A DNA stretch of 64,000 bases. Origin: an uncultured Enterobacteriaceae bacterium. Lineage in GTDB: Bacteria > Pseudomonadota > Gammaproteobacteria > Burkholderiales > SG8-39. Location of the stretch: the NCBI GenBank assembly GCA_964583645.1, contig CAZOWR010000001.1:34-64033 (forward strand), written 5' to 3'. A program made the position numbers and the translations under genes. The notes under the pieces are model-generated. The model was given only the letters and a program-made list of their open reading frames with translations, was not told the origin of the DNA and ran no database searches. Positions 43,582-51,594 of this stretch are shown in pieces (positions within the stretch are counted from its first letter, which is position 1; every line of letters begins with the position of its first letter).

Positions 43582-44781
43582 CTACTTCTTGCCGCCTCCG
43601 TAGCTCACCCGATAGATGGCGCCGTTCTGCTCGTCGGAAACCAGCAGCGCCCCGTCGGGCATCTGCAGCAGGTACGCGGGTCGGCCCCAGAAGCTCTGCT
43701 CCGCCGGGTTCATGAACCCGCTCATGAAGCGCTTGGGCTGCGCGTCCTTGCTCGGGGACACGGTCACGACGTCGAAGCCGAACTTCTTGGTCCGGTTCCA
43801 GGAGCCCTTGCGCGCGATGAACATCAGGTTCTTGTACTCCTTCGGGAACATGTCGCCCGTGTAGAACAGCACGCCCATCGCCGCGGCGTGCGGGCCCATG
43901 GTCGTCACCGGCAGCGTGACGCCCTTGCAGGGATCCTTCTTCCTGATGTCGGCGTCCGCCACGCCCTTGGCGTGGCAGTACGGGTAGCCGAAGTCGAGGC
44001 CGGGCTTGGCGAGGCGGTTCAGCTCGTCCTCGGGACCCGCGTCGCCCATCCAGTCGCGGCCGTGGTCGGTGAACCACATGACCCCCGTGTTCGGATGCCA
44101 GTCGAAGCCCTGGGTGTTGCGCACACCGCGCGCGATGACTTCCATCCCGGAGCCGTTGAGGTTGTAGCGCCGGATCTGCGCGTATTCCGCCGACGGCTCG
44201 CAAATGTTGCACGGCGCGCCGAACGGCACGTAGAGCTTCTTGTCCGGCCCGACCGCGACGTACTTCCAGTTGTGATGCTGCAGCGGCGGCAGCTTGAACT
44301 TGTCGGTCATGTCCACCGGCTGCGCGCCGGGATTCCTCTCGATGGCGTCGTAGCGCAGCACCTTGTCGATCGCGAACACGTAGAGGTCGCCGTTGGCGTA
44401 GGCGACCCCGGAGGGCTGGGTGAGCTTGTCGGCGAGCACGCGCACGCTGCGCTTGCCGCCCTCGTCCTTGATCTCGTAGACGCGCCCGATGATGCGCGTG
44501 CCGACCCAGATCGTGCCCCTGTCGCCGCGCGCCATGGCGCGGCCGCCCGGCAGGCCGTGCGCCCAGAGCTCCACCTTGAAGCCCTTCGGCAGCTTGAGCT
44601 TGTCGAGCGGGATGTCGCCCGGCGCGGTCTCGGTCATCTTGCCGGCGAGCGGCGCGAGCTTCGAGTCCTTCATCGCGGCTGGCTGCCCTTGCTTCCAGAT
44701 CGGCGGCTTGGGCTTGTCCTGCGCCCACGCCACGCCCACCGAAAAGGCGATACTGCTGAGCACGGCAACGGTGCGTTTCAT
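43582..44781 (-). CDS. PQQ-dependent sugar (sorbosone/glucose) dehydrogenase-family beta-propeller protein
   Basis: Track ORF 43582..44853 from ATG 44781 (SD GGGAGGAG upstream). Signal peptide. GFDWHP, WFTDHGRD and PYC patterns typical of the soluble GDH/SNDH family. Confidence 0.75.
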   Translation of the reverse strand: MKRTVAVLSSIAFSVGVAWAQDKPKPPIWKQGQPAAMKDSKLAPLAGKMTETAPGDIPLDKLKLPKGFKVELWAHGLPGGRAMARGDRGTIWVGTRIIGRVYEIKDEGGKRSVRVLADKLTQPSGVAYANGDLYVFAIDKVLRYDAIERNPGAQPVDMTDKFKLPPLQHHNWKYVAVGPDKKLYVPFGAPCNICEPSAEYAQIRRYNLNGSGMEVIARGVRNTQGFDWHPNTGVMWFTDHGRDWMGDAGPEDELNRLAKPGLDFGYPYCHAKGVADADIRKKDPCKGVTLPVTTMGPHAAAMGVLFYTGDMFPKEYKNLMFIARKGSWNRTKKFGFDVVTVSPSKDAQPKRFMSGFMNPAEQSFWGRPAYLLQMPDGALLVSDEQNGAIYRVSYGGGKK

Positions 44782-44871
44782 TGCGATCTCCTCCCGGAGC
44801 TGGTTGTACGTACGGGGCGCCCGCAAGCTACACCCAAGAATGCGGAACCGCAATGCGGCAGTGCAGCGAGG

Positions 44872-45090
44872 CTACTCGAGGATCGCGATCAGCTCGCCCT
44901 CGGCGAGCGCATCGCCCTCGGCGACGCGCAACTCGCGCAGCCGCCCGGCGCGCGGCGCAGCGACCGGGATCTCCATCTTCATGGACTCGAGGATCAGGAT
45001 CGGCTGCCCGGCCGCGAGCGCGGCGCCGGGCCGCGCCTCGATCTTCCAGACCTTGCCGGCGACCTCGGCCCTCACCTCGAGCGGCCTCAC
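44872..45090 (-). CDS. stand-alone biotinyl/lipoyl attachment-domain protein (BCCP-like)
   Basis: C-terminal 72 aa of track ORF 44872..46287. GTG 45090 overlaps the ligase stop (GTGA). ILESMKMEIP carries the MKM biotinylation-type motif. Confidence 0.7.
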   Translation of the reverse strand: MRPLEVRAEVAGKVWKIEARPGAALAAGQPILILESMKMEIPVAAPRAGRLRELRVAEGDALAEGELIAILE

Positions 45091-46748
45091 GCCGCCCCCC
45101 CGGCGCGCGCCGCGAACTCGCGCTCCTGCAGCGCGCGCCACTGGATCTTGCCGGTGCCGGAGCGCGGCAGCGCGGGCGCGAACTCGATCGCGCGCGGCAC
45201 CTTGTAGGCGGCCATTTCGCCGCGCGCCCAGTCCAGGATCTCCTGTGCGCCCGCGCTCGCCCCCGCCTTGAGGACCACGACGGCCTTCACCGTCTCGCCG
45301 CGGCGCGCATCGGGCGCGGCGATGACGCAGCACTCCTGGATGGCGGGGTGGCGGTACATCGCGGCCTCGACCTCGGCGGGCCAGACCTTGTAGCCCGCGG
45401 CGTTGATCATGCGCTTGATGCGGTCGGAGATGAAGTAGTAGCCGTCCTCGTCCATGCGCCCGAGGTCGCCGGTGCGGAAGAAGTCGCGCCCGCCGACGTT
45501 CACCCAGGACTCGCGGAAGCTCGAGTCGTTCTTCCAGTAGCCGATGAGGAGCTGCGGGCCGCGCACCACGATCTCGCCCGCCTCGCCGGGAGCGAGCGGC
45601 GTGCCGCGCTGCGGGTCGAGCACGCCGGCCTCGGTGTCGAAGGTCGGAATGCCGAGGCACGGGCGCCGTGCCTCCCGGGGAGGGTTGATGTGGGTCTGCG
45701 AGATGCTCTCCGTCATCCCGTAGCCCTCCATGTAATGGATGCCGCAGACCTGGTGCAGCTTGCGCGCGATCGCCTCGGGCATCGCCGCGCCGCCGCCGAA
45801 GATGCAGCGCAGCGACGAGACGTCGTGGCGCAGCGCCTCGGGGTGCGAGAGCAGGTCCACCACCATCGTGGGAACGTTGGCCCAGTGCGTGCAGCGGTGC
45901 CGCTCGATGAGGCGCGCGGCGAGCCACGGATCCCAGCGCGGCTGGATCGCGAGCGTCGCGCCGCTCCACGCCGAGGCGAGCAGGCTGTGCACGAGGCCGG
46001 TGACGTGGAACATGGGCGCCGTGCACAGGGCGACCGCGTCCTGGTGCATCGACTCCCACAGCGCGGCACCGAGCACGTTGTGCAGCGTGGTGGCGTGCGT
46101 GTGCATGCAGCCCTTCGGGCGGCCGGTGCTGCCCGAGGTGTAGGGCATGAGGCACAGGTCGCGCGGCTGCGCGCGCGAGGGCGCGGGCGCGCGCGCCGCA
46201 GCGAGTGCCTCCGACCAGCGGACCGCGCCCGCGGCGTCGATTTGCTGTCGCGGCGCCGTCACCGCCTCGGGCGCGGGCAGGTCGCAATCCGCATCGGCGT
46301 AGTCGGCGTAGGCCGCGACCACCGCGTGGGCGAGGCCCAGGCCCGCGAAACGCGGCCAGAGCTCCTGCCCCACGATCGCCACCCGCGCGTCGCTGTCCTC
46401 GGCGTAGTGGCCGAGCTCGGCGGCCACGCTCATCGGCGAGAGCGGCACCGCCACCGCGTCGGCGCGCAGGATCGCGAAGAGCGCCAGCGGGAACTGGGGG
46501 CTGTTCTGCAGGCAGAGCAGCACGCGGTCGCCGCGGCGCACGCCGCAGACCTGCTGCAGGTGGCCCGCCAGGCGCTCGACCTGTGCGAGCGCCGCGCCGT
46601 AGCGGAGCACGCCGCCGAAGAACAGGCTGAAGGGCCGGTCCGGGTAGCGCGCGGCCGACGCCTCGAGCATGCCGTGCAGCGTGCTGCGCGGCAGCGTCAG
46701 CGAGCGCGGCAGGTGCTTGGGCCAGAATCGCCAGTGGCGGGGCTCCAT
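45087..46748 (-). CDS. AMP-dependent acyl-CoA synthetase/ligase
   Basis: 553 aa. YTSGSTGRPKG, GYGMTE, TGDLG, and the GKIQ terminal motif. Confidence 0.85.
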   Translation of the reverse strand: MEPRHWRFWPKHLPRSLTLPRSTLHGMLEASAARYPDRPFSLFFGGVLRYGAALAQVERLAGHLQQVCGVRRGDRVLLCLQNSPQFPLALFAILRADAVAVPLSPMSVAAELGHYAEDSDARVAIVGQELWPRFAGLGLAHAVVAAYADYADADCDLPAPEAVTAPRQQIDAAGAVRWSEALAAARAPAPSRAQPRDLCLMPYTSGSTGRPKGCMHTHATTLHNVLGAALWESMHQDAVALCTAPMFHVTGLVHSLLASAWSGATLAIQPRWDPWLAARLIERHRCTHWANVPTMVVDLLSHPEALRHDVSSLRCIFGGGAAMPEAIARKLHQVCGIHYMEGYGMTESISQTHINPPREARRPCLGIPTFDTEAGVLDPQRGTPLAPGEAGEIVVRGPQLLIGYWKNDSSFRESWVNVGGRDFFRTGDLGRMDEDGYYFISDRIKRMINAAGYKVWPAEVEAAMYRHPAIQECCVIAAPDARRGETVKAVVVLKAGASAGAQEILDWARGEMAAYKVPRAIEFAPALPRSGTGKIQWRALQEREFAARAGGAA

Positions 46749-46757
46749 GGCGGCACG

Positions 46758-46764
46758 TATATTA
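46758..46764. promoter_or_regulatory. shared AT block TATATTA in the 23-bp divergent gap (-10 candidates for both flanking genes)
   Basis: Plus strand TATATT is 8 nt before ATG 46772. Minus strand TAATAT is 10 nt before ATG 46748. There is no SD on either side. Confidence 0.35.
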
Positions 46765-46771
46765 GCCGCAC

Positions 46772-47209
46772 ATGCAGGAGCACAGCTTTCTGCTGCGGGA
46801 AGGGCTGTGGCGCGCCGAGGGGGAGTTCATCGACGGCGCCGGCACGTCGAGTGCGGTGGAAGGCGAGGCGCACATCCGCCACTATCCGGAGAAGTGGATC
46901 TACGAGGGCGTGCTGCGCACGCGCGGCGCGAAGCCGGCCGAGCACCGCACGCGCTACGAGATCCAGCCCTTCCCGCCGGGCAACTTCGCCACCGGCTGGA
47001 CCTCGAGCAGCGCCTCCATCGGCACGCTGCACGGGCGCTTTCTCATCGTCGGCGACGCGATCCTCTCGGTGTTCGAGTCGGCGACCGGCCGCTACCGCGG
47101 CCAGGACACCCTCCTGCGGCGCGACGAGCGGCGCTACAGCGCGCGCGGCGCGCTGTTCGACGGCCCGAAGCTGCTCTCGGCCTGGGCGATCGAGCTCACC
47201 CAGCCCTGA
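46772..47209 (+). CDS. hypothetical protein (beta-rich, lipocalin-like guess)
   Basis: 145-aa ORF with normal composition and GC3 bias. I recognised no family motif. Confidence 0.5.
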   Translation: MQEHSFLLREGLWRAEGEFIDGAGTSSAVEGEAHIRHYPEKWIYEGVLRTRGAKPAEHRTRYEIQPFPPGNFATGWTSSSASIGTLHGRFLIVGDAILSVFESATGRYRGQDTLLRRDERRYSARGALFDGPKLLSAWAIELTQP

Positions 47210-47269
47210 GAAACGGGGTCAGACCACGTTTTCCACGAACGAAAACGTGGTCTGACCCTATTTCCGGAG
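47208..47269. repeat. palindromic doublet D of the GGTCAGACC repeat family (best copy; bidirectional terminator-like hairpin)
   Basis: GGGTCAGACCACGTTTTC (47216-47233) and GAAAACGTGGTCTGACCC (47241-47258) are exact reverse complements with a 7-nt loop. The element fills the gap between two convergent stop codons. Confidence 0.8.
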
Positions 47270-48670
47270 TTTCGAGAGGTCGGGCATGGGCAGCGGATGC
47301 ACCGCCTCGAAGGCGCGCGCGGCGCGCAGCACGAGGGCGTCGGCGTAGCGCGGCCCGACGATGTGCAGCCCCACCGGCAGGCCTTTCCCGGTAAGGCCGC
47401 AGGGAATGCTCGCCGCCGGCTGCTGCGTGAGGTTGAACGGGTAGGTGAAGGGCGTCCAGTCGGTCCAGCGCTTCTCGCGCAGCAGATTCGAGACCTCCTT
47501 GCCGGCCTCGAAGGCTGCGAGCGGCAGCGTCGGCGTCAGCAGCAGGTCGTACTTCCGGTGGAAGAGATTCATCAGCGCGCCGAGCGCGCCGCGCTGCGCC
47601 ACCGCGGCGAGGTAGTCCCTGGTGGAGATTCTCTCGCCCTGGCGCGCGACCTCGAGCAGCCCCTTGTCCACCAGAGGACGCTTGCGCGGGTGGATGGCCC
47701 GCACGATGCCGGCAGCGCCGGGGAACCAGTGGTTCGTGAAGACGCTCAGCTGGTCCTCGAACCCCGGGTCTGTCGCCTCCACGCGCGCGCCGAGCTCGGA
47801 GAGGCTGCGCGCCGCGCGCTTCACGAGGCGCGCCACCTCCGGGTCCACCTTGGCGTAGCCGAGGTCGGCGGAGTACGCGATGCGCAGCCCGCGCACCCCG
47901 TCCTCCAGCCCGACGCGATAGTCGCGCGGATCGGGGGGCAGCGCGTGCCAGTCGCGCGCGTCCGGCGCTGCAATGACGTTCATGAGCAGCGCCGCGTCAG
48001 CCACCGAGCGCGTGATCGGCCCTACGTGCGCCACCGTGCCCATGGGCGAGAGCGGCCACGCCGGCACCCGGCCGAAGCTGGGCTTGAGGCCGAACAGGCC
48101 GGTGAAGGCGCAGGGAATGCGGATCGAGCCGCCGCCGTCGGTGCCCAGCGTCAGCGGTCCCATGCCGGAAGCGACCGCGGCCGCGCTGCCGCCCGAGGAG
48201 CCGCCGGGCGTCTTCCGGGTATCCCAGGGATTCCGGGTGATCCCGGTGAGCGGGCTGTCGGTAACCCCCTTCCAGCCGAATTCGGGCGTCGTGGTCTTGC
48301 CGAGGATCACCGCGCCGTGCTCGCGCAGGCGCGCGACGCTCGGCGCGTCGTCGCGCCAGGGTCCCTTCGGGTCCACGGTCCGCGAGCCGCGCAGCGTGGG
48401 CCAGCCGCGCGTCAGCAGCAGATCCTTTACCGAGACCGGCACGCCGTCGAGCAGGCCTCTGGGCTCGTTGCTGCGCCAGCGCGCCTCGGATTCGCGCGCC
48501 GCCTTGAGCGCCGCTTGCGCGTCGACGAGCTTGAACGCGTTGAGCACGGGATTGAGCTGCCCGATGCGCGCGAGCACCGCGCGCGTCGCTTCGACCGGCG
48601 AGAGCGCGCGCCGCCGATAGGCAGCGAGCAGTTCGGTGGCGGTGAGCGAACAAGGATCGGAGGATTTCAT
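47258..48670 (-). CDS. amidase-signature (AS) family amidase
   Basis: Track ORF 47258..48808 from ATG 48670. GGSSGGSAAAVA and GTDGGGSIRIPCAF (Ser-cisSer-Lys signature region). Confidence 0.85.
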   Translation of the reverse strand: MKSSDPCSLTATELLAAYRRRALSPVEATRAVLARIGQLNPVLNAFKLVDAQAALKAARESEARWRSNEPRGLLDGVPVSVKDLLLTRGWPTLRGSRTVDPKGPWRDDAPSVARLREHGAVILGKTTTPEFGWKGVTDSPLTGITRNPWDTRKTPGGSSGGSAAAVASGMGPLTLGTDGGGSIRIPCAFTGLFGLKPSFGRVPAWPLSPMGTVAHVGPITRSVADAALLMNVIAAPDARDWHALPPDPRDYRVGLEDGVRGLRIAYSADLGYAKVDPEVARLVKRAARSLSELGARVEATDPGFEDQLSVFTNHWFPGAAGIVRAIHPRKRPLVDKGLLEVARQGERISTRDYLAAVAQRGALGALMNLFHRKYDLLLTPTLPLAAFEAGKEVSNLLREKRWTDWTPFTYPFNLTQQPAASIPCGLTGKGLPVGLHIVGPRYADALVLRAARAFEAVHPLPMPDLSKLRK

Positions 48671-48674
48671 CGGG

Positions 48675-49547
48675 TCACCTGTCGAGTGCGAGCGAGGATC
48701 GGGTGCCGAACACCCAGCCGCCCGCGAGCGCCGGCGGCAGGATCGCGGCATAGAGTGCGGGGCGCAGCGCTCTGACGGCCGCACCGGTTTGCGCGAGGCG
48801 CGCCGCAAGCGCGGCCGGGTCGGCGCACCGCAACGCGTATCCCGCGAGCGCGGGTCCGGGCGGAGGCGCTGCGCCGAAGATCGCCTGCCAGTCGCGATCG
48901 CTGCCGATCAGGACGTCGCCGCGCTCGCTGCGCAGATGCACGAAAGGCCCGGCCGGGCGCGGCAGGAGCGCGGCGAACTCCGCCCAGCGCGCCGCCGCCT
49001 GCGACGGATCGTCCGCGACGACGAACGCGCAGGCGAGGCCGGTGACGCCGTTCTCGTGCCCCATCCAGCGCTCGTGCCAGAGCACCTCGGGCGTCAGGTG
49101 CTGCACGAACTGCACGCGCCCCTCGGGCATCGCCTCGGGCGCGGCGCGGATCACCCGGAACCGCGCGAGGCCGGTCTCGGTCTCGCGCCGCAGCTCGACC
49201 GGCGGCTGCGGCCGCAAGCCGTGCGCCGCGAGCCGCGCGTGCTCCTCTTCGGCGGCCGGCGTGCCGAAGCAGGCGAGGTGCACGCCGGGGTAGCGGCGCA
49301 TCGTCGCGCGCAGCCGCCCGGCGTTCGGCGTCGGCGCGGTCGGGGCGAGGAACTCGAGGTAGCCCTCCCGGAGCATGACGCAGACGTTGGCGGTTCCGGC
49401 CGGGCCGTCCTGCGTCGCCTGCGCCGACTCCGGCGTCACCGCGAAGCCGAGGGCGCGCAGCGCGCGCGCCGCCGCGCCCAGGTCGGGCACGAAGTGCGAA
49501 ACGTGATCGAGCACGAGGCTCCCGGGCGGCGGGACGGGGCGGGGCAC
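48675..49547 (-). CDS. VOC (glyoxalase/bleomycin-resistance/dioxygenase-like) domain protein
   Basis: 290 aa. LDHVSHFVPDL start and a two-module layout. The family call is tentative. Confidence 0.55.
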   Translation of the reverse strand: MPRPVPPPGSLVLDHVSHFVPDLGAAARALRALGFAVTPESAQATQDGPAGTANVCVMLREGYLEFLAPTAPTPNAGRLRATMRRYPGVHLACFGTPAAEEEHARLAAHGLRPQPPVELRRETETGLARFRVIRAAPEAMPEGRVQFVQHLTPEVLWHERWMGHENGVTGLACAFVVADDPSQAAARWAEFAALLPRPAGPFVHLRSERGDVLIGSDRDWQAIFGAAPPPGPALAGYALRCADPAALAARLAQTGAAVRALRPALYAAILPPALAGGWVFGTRSSLALDR

Positions 49548-49552
49548 GGTCC

Positions 49553-49559
49553 TATAATA
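49553..49559. promoter_or_regulatory. shared AT block TATAATA in the 17-bp divergent gap (perfect TATAAT)
   Basis: Plus strand TATAAT is 6 nt before GTG 49565. Minus strand TATTAT is 6 nt before GTG 49547. There is no SD on either side. Confidence 0.4.
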
Positions 49560-49564
49560 CTTGC

Positions 49565-51268
49565 GTGAACAAGCCGGTCGAGCCGCAGGTGGCGACGGTC
49601 ACGGGCGCCGAAGCCGTGGTGGCGGTGCTCAAGGCGCACGGCGTGGAGGTGATCTTCGGTCTGTGCGGCGACACCAGCCTGCCGCTGTACGACGCGCTCG
49701 CGCGCCTGCCCCACGGCATGCGCCACGTGCTGACGCGCGACGAGCGCCACGCCGCCTACATGGCGGACGGCTACGCGCGCGTCTCGGGGCGGGTCGGCGT
49801 CTGCGAGGGGCCGTCGGGGGGCGGCGCGACCTACATCCTCCCGGGTCTGGCCGAGGCGAACGAGTCCTCGGTGCCGCTGCTCGCGATCAACACCGACGTG
49901 TCGGTCGCCTCGCGCGGCCGCTTCACGCTCACCGAGCTCGACCAGGGCGCACTGATGAGGCCCGTCACCAAGTGGAACGCGGTGATCGAGCGCTCGCAGG
50001 ACATCCCGCGCACGCTGCGCGCCGCCTTCAACGCGATCACGACGGGACGGCCCGGGGCCGCGCACGTCGCGCTGCCGTTCGACGTGCAGAACGGGCCCGT
50101 GGAGCGCGCCGAGCTCTGGGGCGATCCGAGCCTCGCGCAGGCGCCTTCGCGCCGCGTCGCGCCCGACCCGTTGCACGTCGAGCTCGCGGCGAAGCTGCTG
50201 CGCCGCGCGAGTCGTCCGCTGCTCATCTGCGGCGGTGGCGTGGTGAGCTCCGGCGCCGAAGGCGAGCTCGCCGAGCTCGCCGAGCTGCTCTCGGCCCCGG
50301 TGGCGACCACGGTGAGCGGGCAGGGCGCGATTCCAGACGAGCATCCGCTCGCGGTGGGCGTGGTGGGCTCCAACGGCGGCACGCCGGAGACGCGCGCCGT
50401 CGTGGACGGCGCCGACCTCGTCTTCTTCGTCGCCTGCCGCGCCGGGTCGGTGACCACCGAGCGCTGGCGCCATCCCGCGCCCGGCAACGCGAGGATCGTG
50501 CACCTGGACGTCGATCCGCGCGCGATCGGCGCGAACTACAAGGTGGATGTGCCCCTGGTGGCGGATGCGAAGCTCGGCCTCGCGGCGCTCAACGAGGCGC
50601 TGGAGGGTACGAAGCGGCCGCTCGATGCCGCCGGCGTGCAGAAGGCCCGTGCGGCAAAGCTCGCCAGGTTCGAGCAGCTCGCGCGCTCCGACGAGGCGCC
50701 GATCCGCCCGGAGCGGGTGGTGGCGGAGATGGCCGCCGCGCTCGACCCGGACGCGATGCTCGCGCTCGATCCGGGGACGCCCTGCCCGTACTTCTCGGCC
50801 TTCTACCCGATCCGCGGCACCGGGCGGCGCGTGTTCTCGAACCGCGCGCACGGCGCGCTCGGCTACGCGATGTCGGCGGCGATCGGGGCGCATTTCGCGC
50901 GTCCCGCGGTGAAGACGGTGGCGGTGATGGGCGACGGCAGCTTCGGGATGTGCGCCGGAGAGCTGGAGACCGCGGTACGGCTCGGGCTCCCGGTCACTTT
51001 CGTCGTCCTGTCGAACGCGGTGTACGGCTGGATCAAGGCGGGGCAGAAGTCCGGCTACGGCGCGCGCTACTTCGCGGTGGACTTCGGCGTCACCGACCAC
51101 GCTCGCGTCGCCGAGGCCTACGGGCTGAAGAGCTGGCGCGTGACCGAGCCGCGCGAGCTGGGCGAGGCGTTTTCGGCCGCGTTCGCGCACGGCGGACCCT
51201 CGCTCGTGGACGTGGTCTGCCAGCCGCTGCAGGAGGCGCGCGCGCCGGTCTCGGAGTGGGTCGCGTGA
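49565..51268 (+). CDS. thiamine-diphosphate-dependent enzyme (acetolactate synthase large subunit-like)
   Basis: 567 aa. VTGAEAVVAVLKAHGVEVIFGLCGD at the N-terminus, and the GDGSF...N TPP-binding motif (VMGDGSFGM...LSNAVYG). Confidence 0.8.
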   Translation: MNKPVEPQVATVTGAEAVVAVLKAHGVEVIFGLCGDTSLPLYDALARLPHGMRHVLTRDERHAAYMADGYARVSGRVGVCEGPSGGGATYILPGLAEANESSVPLLAINTDVSVASRGRFTLTELDQGALMRPVTKWNAVIERSQDIPRTLRAAFNAITTGRPGAAHVALPFDVQNGPVERAELWGDPSLAQAPSRRVAPDPLHVELAAKLLRRASRPLLICGGGVVSSGAEGELAELAELLSAPVATTVSGQGAIPDEHPLAVGVVGSNGGTPETRAVVDGADLVFFVACRAGSVTTERWRHPAPGNARIVHLDVDPRAIGANYKVDVPLVADAKLGLAALNEALEGTKRPLDAAGVQKARAAKLARFEQLARSDEAPIRPERVVAEMAAALDPDAMLALDPGTPCPYFSAFYPIRGTGRRVFSNRAHGALGYAMSAAIGAHFARPAVKTVAVMGDGSFGMCAGELETAVRLGLPVTFVVLSNAVYGWIKAGQKSGYGARYFAVDFGVTDHARVAEAYGLKSWRVTEPRELGEAFSAAFAHGGPSLVDVVCQPLQEARAPVSEWVA

Positions 51269-51594
51269 CGCTCGAGCTCGAGCCCGGGCGCGGGCACCAC
51301 GACATGGGCGGGCTGCCGGCGGGCCGCGTCGAGCGCACCGAGCACGACTACGCGGAGTGGGAGCGGCGCGTGGACGCGATGATGGTGATCCTCTCGGGCG
51401 TGAAGGGCGGGCGCAAGCTCATGACGGTGGACGAGCTGCGCAAGAACATCGAGGCCATCGGCCCCGAGGCCTACGACCGCATGAGCTACTACGAGCGCTG
51501 GATCACCTCCATCACGCAGACCATGATCCAGCGCGGCGTCATCACCACCGAGGAGCTGGGCCGCAAGATGGAGGAGGTGAAGCGCCGTGCCTGA
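51265..51594 (+). CDS. nitrile hydratase beta subunit, N-terminal-half protein (SCNase-beta/ToyL-K-like split subunit)
   Basis: Tail of track ORF 49561..51594. GTG 51265 overlaps the upstream stop (GTGA). HHDMGG compares with the NHase beta IHD(L/T)GG start. AEWERRVDAMM, YYERWI. Confidence 0.65.
   Translation: MTLELEPGRGHHDMGGLPAGRVERTEHDYAEWERRVDAMMVILSGVKGGRKLMTVDELRKNIEAIGPEAYDRMSYYERWITSITQTMIQRGVITTEELGRKMEEVKRRA

Noticed and set aside
44781-47255. 824-aa plus-strand ORF antisense to the acyl-CoA ligase
   Set aside because: Low-complexity Arg/Ala-rich sequence. It is only interesting because its tail translates repeat D (EKRGQTTFST), which is explained by the repeat itself.
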